A stretch of DNA of 64,000 nucleotides from an uncultured Chitinophagaceae bacterium (GTDB lineage: Bacteria; Bacteroidota; Bacteroidia; Chitinophagales; LD1), in contig CAZNDJ010000002.1 in the NCBI GenBank assembly GCA_964571705.1, positions 37,585 to 101,584 of the forward strand, given 5' to 3'. Positions 10,576 through 20,382 of this stretch are shown here, in pieces; the first letter of the stretch is position 1; each line of letters starts with the position of its first letter. Position numbers and translations under genes: made by a program. The notes under the pieces were generated by a model, which saw only the letters and a list, made by a program, of their open reading frames with translations, was not told where the DNA came from and made no database searches.

Positions 10576-12342
10576 TCAATTATACATACCCTCGACCAGC
10601 GCGGAGTAGCGGCCCAGGATCACTTTGCGTTTTACCTTTAGTGTAGGGGTCAGCTCACCATCCTCTATCGTCCATTCCTTATCCAGTATCACAAACTTCT
10701 TGACCTGCTCTACATGGCCAAATTCCTTATTGGCATTGGCTATCTCTTTGTCTATCAGGGCGCGTATCTTTTCATTGCCTACTATCTGCTGATCGCTGTC
10801 GTATGGGATACCGTTTTCCCTGGCCCATGTCTGTAGATGGAGGAATGATGGTACGATGAGCGCCGTGACAAATTTCTCATTGTCACCCACGAGCATCACC
10901 TGCTCTATGTAGAGGGACTCTTTGAGTTTATTTTCTATCGGGGCCGGTGCTACATATTTGCCACCAGATGTTTTGAAAAGTTCTTTCTTGCGGTCTGTGA
11001 TGCGAAGGAACTTATTATTGACCCACTCACCTATATCCCCTGTGTGGAGGTAGCCGTCTTTGTCTATCACTTCATCTGTCAGGTCCTGGCGCTTGTAGTA
11101 GCCCATCATGATGTTTGGTCCCTTGGCCAGTATCTCGCCATCTTCGGCCAGCTTGATATGTACACTAGGCAGCGGGAGGCCTACAGTGCCTATCATACGG
11201 CCCTCCTCCTCGACGCGTGTCACGCTGAGGCCCGGAGAGGCCTCGCTGAGGCCGTAGCCCTCCAGCACTATGACACCAGCTGCGCTAAATAGCCTGCCCA
11301 GGCGCGGCTGCAGCGGCGCTGCCCCGGTGATGATGAAGCGTACATGCCCACCCAGCGCTTCCTGCCATTTGCTGAAGACCAGCTTGCGGGCTATAGCCAG
11401 CTGTAGATTGTACCAGAAGCCGAGGTCCGTGTTTAGTTCGTAGCGATTGCCCAGTACCAGTGACCAGTCGAATAGCTTTCTTTTGATCCCGGTGGTCTGC
11501 GTACCTTTCTCCATGATCTTTTCATAGACCTTCTCCAGTAGTCGCGGCACTGTGGTGAATACAAACGGCTGTACTTCTTTGAGGTTTTCCGCTATGGTGT
11601 CCATGCTTTCTGCATAGTGGATATGGATCGCGTTTTTGAGATAAGCAAAGAAGCCTACACGCTCATAGATGTGACTCAGTGGCAGGAAGCTGAGCGATTT
11701 GCCCCCACCCTGAAACGGAAGTATCTGGTCCGTATCCTTGAGGTTGCTCACCATATTGTAGTGGCTGAGCATTACTCCTTTCGGATTGCCGGTAGTACCT
11801 GAGGTGTATATGATGGTGGCCATCTCTTTTTCATTGACAGCTTTTTTTGCGGTCTCTACGGCTGCGGTATCAGTCACTTTATCTATCAGGGTCTTCCAGT
11901 TTGGTGCGCCTGCTACGGGATCGAAGGTGTAGATCTCACGCAGGGATGGTATGTCGCCCTGCACCTCTGCCAGCTTTTTGTACAGAGACTGATCTCCGGC
12001 GAAAGCAACCTTCACCTCTGCATCATTGCAGATGAAACGGAAATCATTGGTAGAGGCTGTAGGGTAGAGCGGGATGAGTATGGCTCCGATCTGCTGGCAA
12101 CCTATGTCTATGAAGTTCCACTCCGGCCTGTTGGTAGCGCAGAGAGCTACTTTGTCATCCTTGCGGATGCCGAGGTCGAGCAGCGCCTGGCTCACCTTGT
12201 CACATATCTCAGCTACTTCCTTAAAGGAGTATGACTTCCAATGCTTGGTGCCATTTTCTGTCACCTTGGAGGAGAGGAAAGGCTGGGACGGCCGCTCGGC
12301 AGCCATGAGGGTCAGATAGTCGAAGAGGCGTGTTACTTCCAT
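10576..12342 (-). CDS. Long-chain fatty acid--CoA ligase (AMP-dependent synthetase/ligase family)
   Basis: 588 aa. AMP-binding signature IYTSGTTGNPKGVMLSH, then GYGLSE, TGDIGEW and a GGKYVAP C-terminal subdomain. Confidence 0.88.
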   Translation of the reverse strand: MEVTRLFDYLTLMAAERPSQPFLSSKVTENGTKHWKSYSFKEVAEICDKVSQALLDLGIRKDDKVALCATNRPEWNFIDIGCQQIGAILIPLYPTASTNDFRFICNDAEVKVAFAGDQSLYKKLAEVQGDIPSLREIYTFDPVAGAPNWKTLIDKVTDTAAVETAKKAVNEKEMATIIYTSGTTGNPKGVMLSHYNMVSNLKDTDQILPFQGGGKSLSFLPLSHIYERVGFFAYLKNAIHIHYAESMDTIAENLKEVQPFVFTTVPRLLEKVYEKIMEKGTQTTGIKRKLFDWSLVLGNRYELNTDLGFWYNLQLAIARKLVFSKWQEALGGHVRFIITGAAPLQPRLGRLFSAAGVIVLEGYGLSEASPGLSVTRVEEEGRMIGTVGLPLPSVHIKLAEDGEILAKGPNIMMGYYKRQDLTDEVIDKDGYLHTGDIGEWVNNKFLRITDRKKELFKTSGGKYVAPAPIENKLKESLYIEQVMLVGDNEKFVTALIVPSFLHLQTWARENGIPYDSDQQIVGNEKIRALIDKEIANANKEFGHVEQVKKFVILDKEWTIEDGELTPTLKVKRKVILGRYSALVEGMYN

Positions 12343-12438
12343 GCTATACGATTGAGATGTGGGGTGAAAACGGAGTACAATTTATTCAAAGTATCAATAA
12401 GGAGACAAAGTAAAGCAGCTAACATTTTTTAAGAATAA

Positions 12439-12450
12439 ATGTTGCAACAT
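12439..12450. promoter_or_regulatory. Perfect 12-bp palindrome ATGTTGCAACAT within a cluster of AACATT/AATGTT half-sites (candidate operator)
   Basis: Read directly. AACATT occurs at 12421 and 12446, AATGTT at 12437 and 12453. The cluster sits in the 157-bp divergent intergenic region between the acyl-CoA ligase and YceI genes, just upstream of a -7 promoter motif. Confidence 0.4.
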
Positions 12451-12464
12451 TAAATGTTGTGCAT

Positions 12465-12472
12465 TATCTTTG
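12465..12472 (+). promoter_or_regulatory. Bacteroidota-type -7 promoter element (TAnnTTTG) for the YceI gene
   Basis: TATCTTTG lies 28 nt upstream of ATG 12500. Confidence 0.45.
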
Positions 12473-12499
12473 CATCAGAAATCAAAAACACAACACAAT

Positions 12500-13078
12500 A
12501 TGAAAAAGCTTTTCATCCTCTTTGCCGGCCTCTCTATGGCGGCAGCGTCTTCAGCACAAGGCTGGAACCTGGACAAAACACATTCATCTGTAAACTTCAG
12601 CGTATCCCACATGGTGGTATCTGAGGCTACGGGAAATTTTAAGGATTTCTCTGGTGATGTGAAGTCTGAGAAGGCTGACTTCAGCGACCTGTCTGTCAAT
12701 TTCACCATCAAGGTAGCATCTATCAATACCGATGATGAAAAACGCGATGGCCACCTGAAGAGCCCAGACTTCTTTGATGCTGCCAAGTATTCAGACATCA
12801 CATTCAAAAGCACAGGTGTCAAGAAGATCAATGATAAGAAGTATGAGCTGACCGGTGACCTGACCATGAAGGGTGTGACCAAGAAGGTAACCTGGGAAGT
12901 AAAGTATAATGGTACAGTGAAGGATCCATATGGATTCAACCGTGCAGGATTCAAAGCTACTACTACTGTAAACCGCAAGGACTACGGCGTATCATGGAAT
13001 AAGACCCTGGACGCCGGTGGCGTAGCAGTGGGCGACGATGTGACCATCACAGTGAATGCAGAGATCACCAAAAAGTAA
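12500..13078 (+). CDS. YceI family (polyisoprenoid-binding) periplasmic protein
   Basis: Signal peptide MKKLFILFAGLSMAAASSAQ, then WNLDKTHSSVNFSVSHMVVSEATGNFKDFSGDV and a later DRKDYGVSWN-like segment, typical of YceI. Start chosen at the signal-peptide Met. Confidence 0.85.
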   Translation: MKKLFILFAGLSMAAASSAQGWNLDKTHSSVNFSVSHMVVSEATGNFKDFSGDVKSEKADFSDLSVNFTIKVASINTDDEKRDGHLKSPDFFDAAKYSDITFKSTGVKKINDKKYELTGDLTMKGVTKKVTWEVKYNGTVKDPYGFNRAGFKATTTVNRKDYGVSWNKTLDAGGVAVGDDVTITVNAEITKK

Positions 13079-13096
13079 TTTGGGTTTGGTTATAAT

Positions 13097-13130
13097 GAAA
13101 GGGGATGCACACGTGTATCCCCTTTCTATT
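13097..13130 (+). terminator. Intrinsic terminator after the YceI gene
   Basis: 10-bp stem GAAAGGGGAT (13097-13106) / ATCCCCTTTC (13117-13126), 10-nt loop, T-rich tail. Confidence 0.6.
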
Positions 13131-13172
13131 ATATAAAATCCTGATTCGTTAGAATTTATTAGTTTAGCAAAC

Positions 13173-13652
13173 ATGGGTACTTTGGAAGAGATCATCAAGC
13201 AGAAGAAATTTAACGACGAATATCACAAGGCTTTCGTTGGGGTGTATTATGTATATAGTATCATAGACTACATGCAGCAGAAGGTTTTCAAAGAATATGA
13301 TATCACTCCCCAGCAGTATAATGCCCTGCGGATACTCCGAGGCCAGCATCCAAAGCCGGCTACTGTGGGCCTGATCAAAGAGCGTATGATAGACCGTAAT
13401 AGCGATGCCTCACGTATAGTAGAGCGCCTGCGCAAGGCTGGCTACGTGGAGCGTGTAACATGTGAAAATGACCGCCGTGCCGTAGATGTGATCATCACTG
13501 ACAAAGGACTGCAACTGCTCAAGCGCATGGACAGCGTGGTAAGCGACATACAAGAGCCACTCAAGAAGCTGGATAAAGATGAGATACAGCAATTTAATGC
13601 GCTGATAGACAAAATGCTAGAGCGCTGGATAGAGTCAGGCCACTTCAAATAG
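13173..13652 (+). CDS. MarR family transcriptional regulator
   Basis: 159 aa. Winged-helix segment ITPQQYNALRILRGQHP...ASRIVERLRKAGYVERVTCENDRRAVDVIITDKG. Confidence 0.85.
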   Translation: MGTLEEIIKQKKFNDEYHKAFVGVYYVYSIIDYMQQKVFKEYDITPQQYNALRILRGQHPKPATVGLIKERMIDRNSDASRIVERLRKAGYVERVTCENDRRAVDVIITDKGLQLLKRMDSVVSDIQEPLKKLDKDEIQQFNALIDKMLERWIESGHFK

Positions 13653-13657
13653 CCATC

Positions 13658-14098
13658 CTATCTCGGAGGAGCTGTATTGAGCAGCATCCAGTACATGCCG
13701 AGTTCTGCTACTGCCTTGGCAAAGGAATCAAAATCTACAGGTTTTACGATATAGCTATTGACCCCCAGTTCATAGCACGCTTTCACATCCTGGTTTTCCT
13801 TAGACGAGGTCAGTATGACTACAGGGATGGATTTCGTTTTTTCATGTGCCTTGATCTGGCGGAGTATCTCAATGCCATCTATGCGCGGCAGTTTGATGTC
13901 GAGGAGTATTAATTTGGGGGTCTCAGCATGATGGCCCGCATATTTGCCACGGCAAAATATAAAATCCAATGCATCAGCACCGTCATCTATATGGTGTAGG
14001 TTATTGGCAAAATTGTGCTTTTTCAATCCTCTGATGGCGAGCTCCGCCTCATAAGGGTTGTCTTCTACTAAAAGGATCTCTACAGATTTGCTTTCCAT
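13658..14098 (-). CDS. Response regulator, receiver domain only (Rcp1-like)
   Basis: 146 aa with ILLVEDNPYEAEL, LILLDIKLPRIDG and a VILTSS...KP pattern; no output domain. Confidence 0.88.
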   Translation of the reverse strand: MESKSVEILLVEDNPYEAELAIRGLKKHNFANNLHHIDDGADALDFIFCRGKYAGHHAETPKLILLDIKLPRIDGIEILRQIKAHEKTKSIPVVILTSSKENQDVKACYELGVNSYIVKPVDFDSFAKAVAELGMYWMLLNTAPPR

Positions 14099-14109
14099 GT
14101 TAGGTGGTT

Positions 14110-15483
14110 TTATTGTATGGTTTTAGGTAAGGAAAAGTAAAAAGTGGCACCCTGATCTGGCTGTGCCTCAGCCCATACGCGCCCACTGTGCCGGGTCACG
14201 ATGCGGTGAACCAGGGCCAGTCCTACACCAGTGCCTTCATAATCCGAAGCCTTGTGCAGGCGCTGGAATACACCAAATAGTTTGCCGGCATACTGCATAT
14301 CAAAGCCTACGCCATTATCCTTTATCGCATAAATGATCTCAGTGCGTGTCTGCTCCCAGGTGATGCTGATCTCCGGTTTCTCTTTGTCTTTGGAGTATTT
14401 CAATGCATTGGAAATGAGATTGACCCATACCTGACGGATCAGGTGGTCATCACAGATGGCACTACAAAGAGGTTGTACCGAGATGACAGCGTTTGGTTTA
14501 TCTATCAGCATGAAATTATCTAATACGTTTTCTACCATTGCATTCATATTTATCTCGCGCAGGCTCAGTTCACGGCGACTGATACGGGAAAAATTTAGTA
14601 AGTCATCTATAAGCATACCCATGCGCTGTGCGTTGGAGCGGATGGTATCTATGAAGCGCTTACCTTCCTCATTTAGCGAATCGGCATGGTCTTCTGATAT
14701 GATCTTGGCAAAACCATCTATGATGCGTAGCGGTGCTCTTAGATCGTGTGATACTGAGTATGAGAAGGACTCCAGCTCCTTATTGGCAGTATGTAGTTCT
14801 TCTACCTTTTTCTGCAGGTCATTATTGAGTTGGGTAATATTATATTCAAAGGTTTTGCGCTGGCGTATGTAGTAAATGACCGCAGCGGTGCATGCAATCA
14901 GAAGCAACACTATAGCAGCAAAAATCAGCGTGACAGAAGTGTCAAAACGTTCCCTGCTGACACGAGTGAGGATTTTGCGTGTCAGGAGAAGGTCCTCTTC
15001 ATTTTGGGCAATCTGCCCCGATAATCTTTTAATAACTGTCATACCGCCCCTGCTCTCAGTGGTGTACCGTAGGAGGTCAGAATCACTCAAGGGGTGAGCC
15101 TTATACATAGTGAGATACTGCTGTGACAATGCACTGCGACGCGAGGTATAGTAGGTAAGTGAATCTATTAATTTTTGTTGCTGTGGATTATCACGGGTCA
15201 GCTCGCTTAGTTCACGGATATATTCACTAAAGCTGCCGCTAGCTGTCCGGTATGCAGTGAGAAGTGTTGAGTCACCTGTGGTAATATAGCTGCGAACGGC
15301 CAGATCTTGCACCGTACTCAAGGCTTTAGCATTGAGTTTTAATACTTCATTAGTATGGTTGACCGCAGCAGCGGATCGGTGATAAGACCGATTGCTCTGA
15401 TAATTGAGTATGCCAAGCCCTATCACTGCTATGGTGATGAACACAAAGAACCCTATTAAGACCTTTTCAAAAGAGATCCGCAT
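14110..15483 (-). CDS. Sensor histidine kinase with N-terminal CHASE3-like sensor domain
   Basis: Two TM segments flank VNHTNEVLKLN...RSYITTGDSTLLTAY (CHASE3 pattern). H-box is SYSVSHDLRAPLR; N and G boxes are NALKYS, DNGVGF and GTGVGL. Start placed at Met-20 (15483) before the first TM; the ORF is open to 15540. Confidence 0.85.
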   Translation of the reverse strand: MRISFEKVLIGFFVFITIAVIGLGILNYQSNRSYHRSAAAVNHTNEVLKLNAKALSTVQDLAVRSYITTGDSTLLTAYRTASGSFSEYIRELSELTRDNPQQQKLIDSLTYYTSRRSALSQQYLTMYKAHPLSDSDLLRYTTESRGGMTVIKRLSGQIAQNEEDLLLTRKILTRVSRERFDTSVTLIFAAIVLLLIACTAAVIYYIRQRKTFEYNITQLNNDLQKKVEELHTANKELESFSYSVSHDLRAPLRIIDGFAKIISEDHADSLNEEGKRFIDTIRSNAQRMGMLIDDLLNFSRISRRELSLREINMNAMVENVLDNFMLIDKPNAVISVQPLCSAICDDHLIRQVWVNLISNALKYSKDKEKPEISITWEQTRTEIIYAIKDNGVGFDMQYAGKLFGVFQRLHKASDYEGTGVGLALVHRIVTRHSGRVWAEAQPDQGATFYFSLPKTIQ

Positions 15484-15692
15484 AACAACAGAGGTTACTG
15501 GCGCGTCAGGTCCTTTGGCCTGGAGATAATACGCCAGCATGACCGGTGATGCCCGGCCACAACACTTGGGGATGAGTGAAACCTAAACTAATAATACTCT
15601 TCTTAAATATGAAGAGATACCATGTGTATTACGCCCTCTTGATTGTCATTCAATGAATTATTTTTAAGCGTGACAACAAGGGCTCACCATTT

Positions 15693-16580
15693 CTAGGTAT
15701 GCCTAAAGCGAACGAAAGCGCCGAGGGGAAGGCGTTTCTGAAACTTATCTTTTAGATATAGTTCGCCGATCTGCAGTGCCGATGGATCTGCCTTTTTACT
15801 TACCAGATTCTCCAATATCATAGATGAGAAACCAAGCGAATAAGCATTAAGTATCAGAAAGTGTTCTTTAGGATCCAGTAGCTCGAGCACGTTCTTCATC
15901 ATCTCATTGAGGTTGTCTTCCAGCTTCCACTTCTCACCCGTAGGGCCGTGGCCGAAGGCCGGCGGGTCGAGGATGATACCGTTGTACTTATTGCCGCGTT
16001 TTACTTCACGTTTCACATATTTCAGCGCGTCCTCTACGAGCCAGCGGATATTGTCCAGCTCGCTGAGCTGCATATTTTCATTGGCCCAGTTGACCACCTG
16101 GCGGATAGAGTCCAAGTGTGTAGTGTCCGCACCTGCTGCCCGTGCGGCCAGGGAGGCACCACCTGTATATGCAAAGAGATTGAGGAACTTTGGCTTCTCG
16201 GTTTTCAGTTGAGAGATGCTCTCTTGTATATAATCCCAGTTGACTCCCTGCTCCGGGAATATGCCCACATGCTTGAATGATGTGAGGCCGAGGCGGAAGC
16301 GGATAGCCTGGCCAGACTGGCCGAGGGGATATTCTATCTGCCACTGGTCCGGCATATTCTTCAGCTTGCGCCAGTCTCCTGAGCTGCTGGAGCGGGGTAT
16401 GAATTTCACGTGGGCCTGAGCCTCCCATTCTTTCATATTCTGCTCCGGATCCCAGACCGCCTGTGGCTCGGGGCGGATAGTGATATAGCGGCCAAAGCGC
16501 TCCAGCTTCATAAACTGACCGGAATCGATCAGCTCATAGTCAGGGAAATGAGTGGGTGTCAGGGAGAATATCTCAGGCAT
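15693..16580 (-). CDS. Class I SAM-dependent methyltransferase (RlmI/COG1092-like rRNA methyltransferase family)
   Basis: 295 aa. SAM-binding FLNLFAYTGGASLAAR and the catalytic-region motif IILDPPAFG. Confidence 0.75.
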   Translation of the reverse strand: MPEIFSLTPTHFPDYELIDSGQFMKLERFGRYITIRPEPQAVWDPEQNMKEWEAQAHVKFIPRSSSSGDWRKLKNMPDQWQIEYPLGQSGQAIRFRLGLTSFKHVGIFPEQGVNWDYIQESISQLKTEKPKFLNLFAYTGGASLAARAAGADTTHLDSIRQVVNWANENMQLSELDNIRWLVEDALKYVKREVKRGNKYNGIILDPPAFGHGPTGEKWKLEDNLNEMMKNVLELLDPKEHFLILNAYSLGFSSMILENLVSKKADPSALQIGELYLKDKFQKRLPLGAFVRFRHT

Positions 16581-16627
16581 GTGTCAGTGTATAAACTGCG
16601 CAAAAATAACAAAGTAGCAGGGATGTG

Positions 16628-17245
16628 CTACTTGCTGCCGTCGTGCTGTATGATAGGCACGATATGATCCAGCAGCTCTTTGATAGAATCTTCTACTTTT
16701 TTGCCGGCGGTATGGATCTCCAGCGCGGGCTGTAGAGGTGCCTCGAAGGGAGCACTGATACCGGTAAAGTCAGGGATCTCTCCCTTGCGGGCTTTGGCAT
16801 AGAGTCCTTTTACGTCACGCCTTTCGCAGAGCTCTATGGGTGTATTGATATAGACCTCTATGAAGTCTTTAGGCCCTATGATATCCGCTGCTACCTGGCG
16901 GATAGCATGCGTAGGGCTGACAAAGGAGCAAATAGTCACCACACCACTCTGCACAAACAGCTTGGCGGTCTCTGCTATGCGGCGGATATTCTCAGTACGG
17001 TCTTCGGCGCTAAAACCCAGGTTATTATTGATGCCTGCACGTACATTATCCCCATCCAGTATCATGGTCAGGTGGCCCATCTCGTACAGCACACGCTCCA
17101 CGCCTTTGGCTATGGTGGTCTTGCCGCTGCCTGACAGGCCTGTGAGCCATATCACTTTGCTACGCTGCTGTAGCAGCCACTCCTTATTATGACGGGATAC
17201 AAACTGGTCATAGGAAGGGTAGATATGTCTCTCTGACTGTATCAT
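16628..17245 (-). CDS. cysC: Adenylyl-sulfate (APS) kinase
   Basis: P-loop WLTGLSGSGKTTIA, then LDGDNVR and FVSP motifs; 205 aa. Confidence 0.9.
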   Translation of the reverse strand: MIQSERHIYPSYDQFVSRHNKEWLLQQRSKVIWLTGLSGSGKTTIAKGVERVLYEMGHLTMILDGDNVRAGINNNLGFSAEDRTENIRRIAETAKLFVQSGVVTICSFVSPTHAIRQVAADIIGPKDFIEVYINTPIELCERRDVKGLYAKARKGEIPDFTGISAPFEAPLQPALEIHTAGKKVEDSIKELLDHIVPIIQHDGSK

Positions 17246-17360
17246 GGGGCAGCAAGATAATGACAGCCCAAGAGGCTGTCAAGTGTGTTTGGTTAGTGAT
17301 ATACTAATATAACCAGATATACAACACGCCTGTTGTATTATTCACTAACCATTTGGTGGA

Positions 17361-18536
17361 TTATATAGCAGAAAGGTCACTCAGGGCTATGGCCGCCGTG
17401 AGCTCCATAGATATGAGCAGTGCGCGCTCATCTATATCAAAGGTAGGAGTGTGTATGGCCGAGGTGATGCCGCGCTCTTTATTGGCCACGCCGATGCGGT
17501 AGAAGCAGGCCGGTATCAGCTGCGTGTAGTAGCCGAAATCCTCAGCACCCATACGCATAGGCAGGTCATGTACATGCTCCGCTCCGAAGTGCTCTGAGGC
17601 GATAGCCTTGGCCCGTGCCGTGAGTGTTTCGTTATTGAATACTACGGGGTAGCCTTTTAGTATATTGACATCGCAGGTGGCGCCATGGCGCGCTGCTATC
17701 TCATGGGCTATAGCCGTCAGCTCTCCATGTGTACGCTCACGGATACTCTCATCAAAGCAGCGCAGCGTACCCTCCAGCTCAGCTTTGGCAGGTACTATAT
17801 TGGTAGCGCCATTTGCTGTCATCTTGCCAAACGTCAATACTACAGGTATGCTGAGGTCAGTAAAGCGCTGAAGCGCAGGGATGATCTCAGCGGCTATCGT
17901 CAGCGGGGAAATGAACTGCGCAGGCTGTGCCGCATGACCGCCACGGCCATGTATGGTCAGGTATAGCTCATCTGTAGATGCCATAAATTTGCCCGCGCGG
18001 AAACCGACCTCACCGGCCTCCAGCTCAGGGTGTACATGCAGGCCGTATATGGCCTCTACTTTCGGATTTTCCAGTACGCCCTCTGCTATCATGGCGTTGG
18101 CGCCACTGGGTATTTTCTCTTCTGATGGCTGGAAGATCAGTTTGACCGTGCCCTCCCACTCATCCTTTAGCTCGGAGAGGATCATGGCTGCACCGAGCAG
18201 ATTGGCTGTGTGCATGTCATGGCCGCATGCGTGCATGATGCCGGGGTGCTGAGACACGTATGGCGTTTTGTTTTCCTCCTGTATGGGCAGTGCGTCCATA
18301 TCTGCGCGGAGGGCTATGCAGCGCCTATCCGGATGGCGACCATGGAGCAGGGCCACGATTCCATTTTTGGCAACACCAGTCCGATAGGGGGTATTCAGTT
18401 TATCCAGCTCAGCAGCTACAAATGCTGCTGTGCCAGCCTCCTGCCATGATAGCTCGGGATGGCTATGCAGATGCCTGCGTATCTCTACGATACGGGCGTG
18501 AAACTGCTCTGCGAGCTGTCTGATGCGGGCGTCCAT
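17361..18536 (-). CDS. M20 family amidohydrolase (N-acyl-L-amino acid amidohydrolase / hippuricase-like)
   Basis: 391 aa with IRRHLHSHPELSWQE, LRADMDALP, HACGHD and FQPSEE motifs. Confidence 0.85.
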   Translation of the reverse strand: MDARIRQLAEQFHARIVEIRRHLHSHPELSWQEAGTAAFVAAELDKLNTPYRTGVAKNGIVALLHGRHPDRRCIALRADMDALPIQEENKTPYVSQHPGIMHACGHDMHTANLLGAAMILSELKDEWEGTVKLIFQPSEEKIPSGANAMIAEGVLENPKVEAIYGLHVHPELEAGEVGFRAGKFMASTDELYLTIHGRGGHAAQPAQFISPLTIAAEIIPALQRFTDLSIPVVLTFGKMTANGATNIVPAKAELEGTLRCFDESIRERTHGELTAIAHEIAARHGATCDVNILKGYPVVFNNETLTARAKAIASEHFGAEHVHDLPMRMGAEDFGYYTQLIPACFYRIGVANKERGITSAIHTPTFDIDERALLISMELTAAIALSDLSAI

Positions 18537-18552
18537 GATGAGAAGGTCAGGC

Positions 18553-18933
18553 TTATTTTTCTTTGATCTTGTCCCGCACTACAAATGCAGCGGGGTACTT
18601 CTTGATCACTTCATTCAGTCGCTCATAGGCCTCCAGGCGGGAGGCATAGTCTCCTATCCGCAGCTTGTAGTATGGCTGCTCGTAGGCCACGTAGGCTTTC
18701 TCCTCAGGAAAATCCTGATAGACCTTTGCCTTGCTATTGTATATCTCCTGGCGGTCATTGCTAAAGGCTATCTGGACACGGTAGCCCTCCAGGAAATCAT
18801 TCTTCTGGTTATACATTTTATAAATGCCCAGCAGCTCATTGATCTTTGGGTCCTGATGGAATGATACGTTGTCATTCTGCGCTGCTGTCGCAGCTGCTAT
18901 CATGATGAAAAGTATGGAAAAGAAGCTTTTCAT
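18553..18933 (-). CDS. SPOR domain-containing protein
   Basis: Signal peptide plus a C-terminal GYRVQIAFSNDRQE...YYKLRIGDYASRLEAYERLNEV SPOR-like fold pattern. Confidence 0.7.
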   Translation of the reverse strand: MKSFFSILFIMIAAATAAQNDNVSFHQDPKINELLGIYKMYNQKNDFLEGYRVQIAFSNDRQEIYNSKAKVYQDFPEEKAYVAYEQPYYKLRIGDYASRLEAYERLNEVIKKYPAAFVVRDKIKEK

Positions 18934-18936
18934 GTT

Positions 18937-19584
18937 TTACTCTGTTACCAGTTTGACACCCTGAGAGGTGCCTATGCGGTCTGCGCCAGCCTCTATCATG
19001 GCCAGGGCGGTAGCTTTGTCACGGATGCCTCCGGATGCCTTGATCTTAATATGCTTGGGCAGATGGGCGCGCAGGAGTTTGATATCTTCTACAGTAGCCC
19101 CCTTCTCTATCATGCCGGTAGAGGTTTTGACATAGTCTACATTGAGCTGCGCGCAGAGCTCACAGCCTTTTATGATCTCTTCTTTGGTCAGGAGGCCCGT
19201 TTCTAGTATTACTTTCAGCTTGCCACCTCGTAGCTGCACGATAGTGCCGGCGCTCGTCAGCTCATTTTTTAGATAGTTGTAGTCTCCGGATTTGAGTGCG
19301 ATGATATTGAGCACCATGTCTATCTCGCTGGCTCCCTCATCTATGGCGCGGCGCGCCTCCTCCACCTTGGCCGGAGTGGCGGCATAGCCCATAGGGAATC
19401 CGACTACTGTGGCTATATGCACCCTGCTATCGCGCAACTGGTTTTTGCACTCACGCACCCAGTATGGTGGCACACATACAGCTGCAAAACCGTATTGCTT
19501 GGCCTCATCGCAGAGCTTGATGACCTCCTCGCGGGATGTATCCGCACGCAGGAGGGTGTGATCTATTTTAGAAGCGAGATTCAT
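18937..19584 (-). CDS. deoC: Deoxyribose-phosphate aldolase
   Basis: IDHTLLRADTS, FAAVCVPP, KVILETGLL, DYVKTSTG (Schiff-base Lys) and IKASGGIR. Confidence 0.9.
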   Translation of the reverse strand: MNLASKIDHTLLRADTSREEVIKLCDEAKQYGFAAVCVPPYWVRECKNQLRDSRVHIATVVGFPMGYAATPAKVEEARRAIDEGASEIDMVLNIIALKSGDYNYLKNELTSAGTIVQLRGGKLKVILETGLLTKEEIIKGCELCAQLNVDYVKTSTGMIEKGATVEDIKLLRAHLPKHIKIKASGGIRDKATALAMIEAGADRIGTSQGVKLVTE

Positions 19585-19638
19585 TATGACAAAATGAAGA
19601 TAGACAAAATGTGATAACGAGGCAATATTTACCCCATC

Positions 19639-20382
19639 TCATAGACCCAGGAGGCTTTTGAGCGTCCGGGCATTGTCCAGCCCATTGCTCCCCATGGTGT
19701 TATTGAAGAAAGCCCAGACGGTATGTCCCTCCTTTGACCATGCCTTTATTTTCTCTGCATACTGCTGCAGCATTTCATCCGAATAGCGCGACGAGAACAA
19801 GGCCTCTGGCCCGTGGAAACGCAGGTACATGTCTGTATGCAAATCAGACTCCAGATAGGGATAGCCTACGCCGGACTGTGATATGACCAGGGGGATATCG
19901 TATTCACGCAGCAAGGCCAGCGGCAGGTCCTCTAGCCAGGAGTGGTGCCTGGCCTCCAGGGCAAAATGATACTGCCGGTAGTCTCTCCGCAGCAAGTCAA
20001 AAAGGTGAGCCGCTATGGCTTCGTCAAACTTCAATGATGGTGGCAGCTGGAAAAGTACATAAGCCAGTTTTTTGCCGAGAGGCTCCATGGCTGTAAAGAA
20101 TTTATCCAGCGGCTCCTCGGGGTCGCGGAGCCGCTTCATCTGCGTCAGGTAGCGGCTCATTTTGGCACAAAAACGGAATCCGGCAGGGGTCTTGTCTGCC
20201 CAGTTTTGCACGGTAGCTGCCCGGGGCAGAGAGTAGAAGCTACTATTGATCTCAGCACAATCAAAGTCTTTGGAGTAATGGATCAGGTAGTCTGTCGCTT
20301 TCGTTTTGGGCGGGTAGTAGATGCTGCGCCAGTCGCTGTAGCTCCAGCCGGAGGTGCCGATATGTATTTTGCCTTTAGTCAT
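19639..20382 (-). CDS. DUF72 (YecE-like) domain protein
   Basis: N-terminus IHIGTSGWSYSDWRSIYYP is typical of DUF72. Start set at Met-31 (20382), which leaves a 92-bp divergent promoter region with miaE; the ORF is open to 20472. Confidence 0.8.
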   Translation of the reverse strand: MTKGKIHIGTSGWSYSDWRSIYYPPKTKATDYLIHYSKDFDCAEINSSFYSLPRAATVQNWADKTPAGFRFCAKMSRYLTQMKRLRDPEEPLDKFFTAMEPLGKKLAYVLFQLPPSLKFDEAIAAHLFDLLRRDYRQYHFALEARHHSWLEDLPLALLREYDIPLVISQSGVGYPYLESDLHTDMYLRFHGPEALFSSRYSDEMLQQYAEKIKAWSKEGHTVWAFFNNTMGSNGLDNARTLKSLLGL

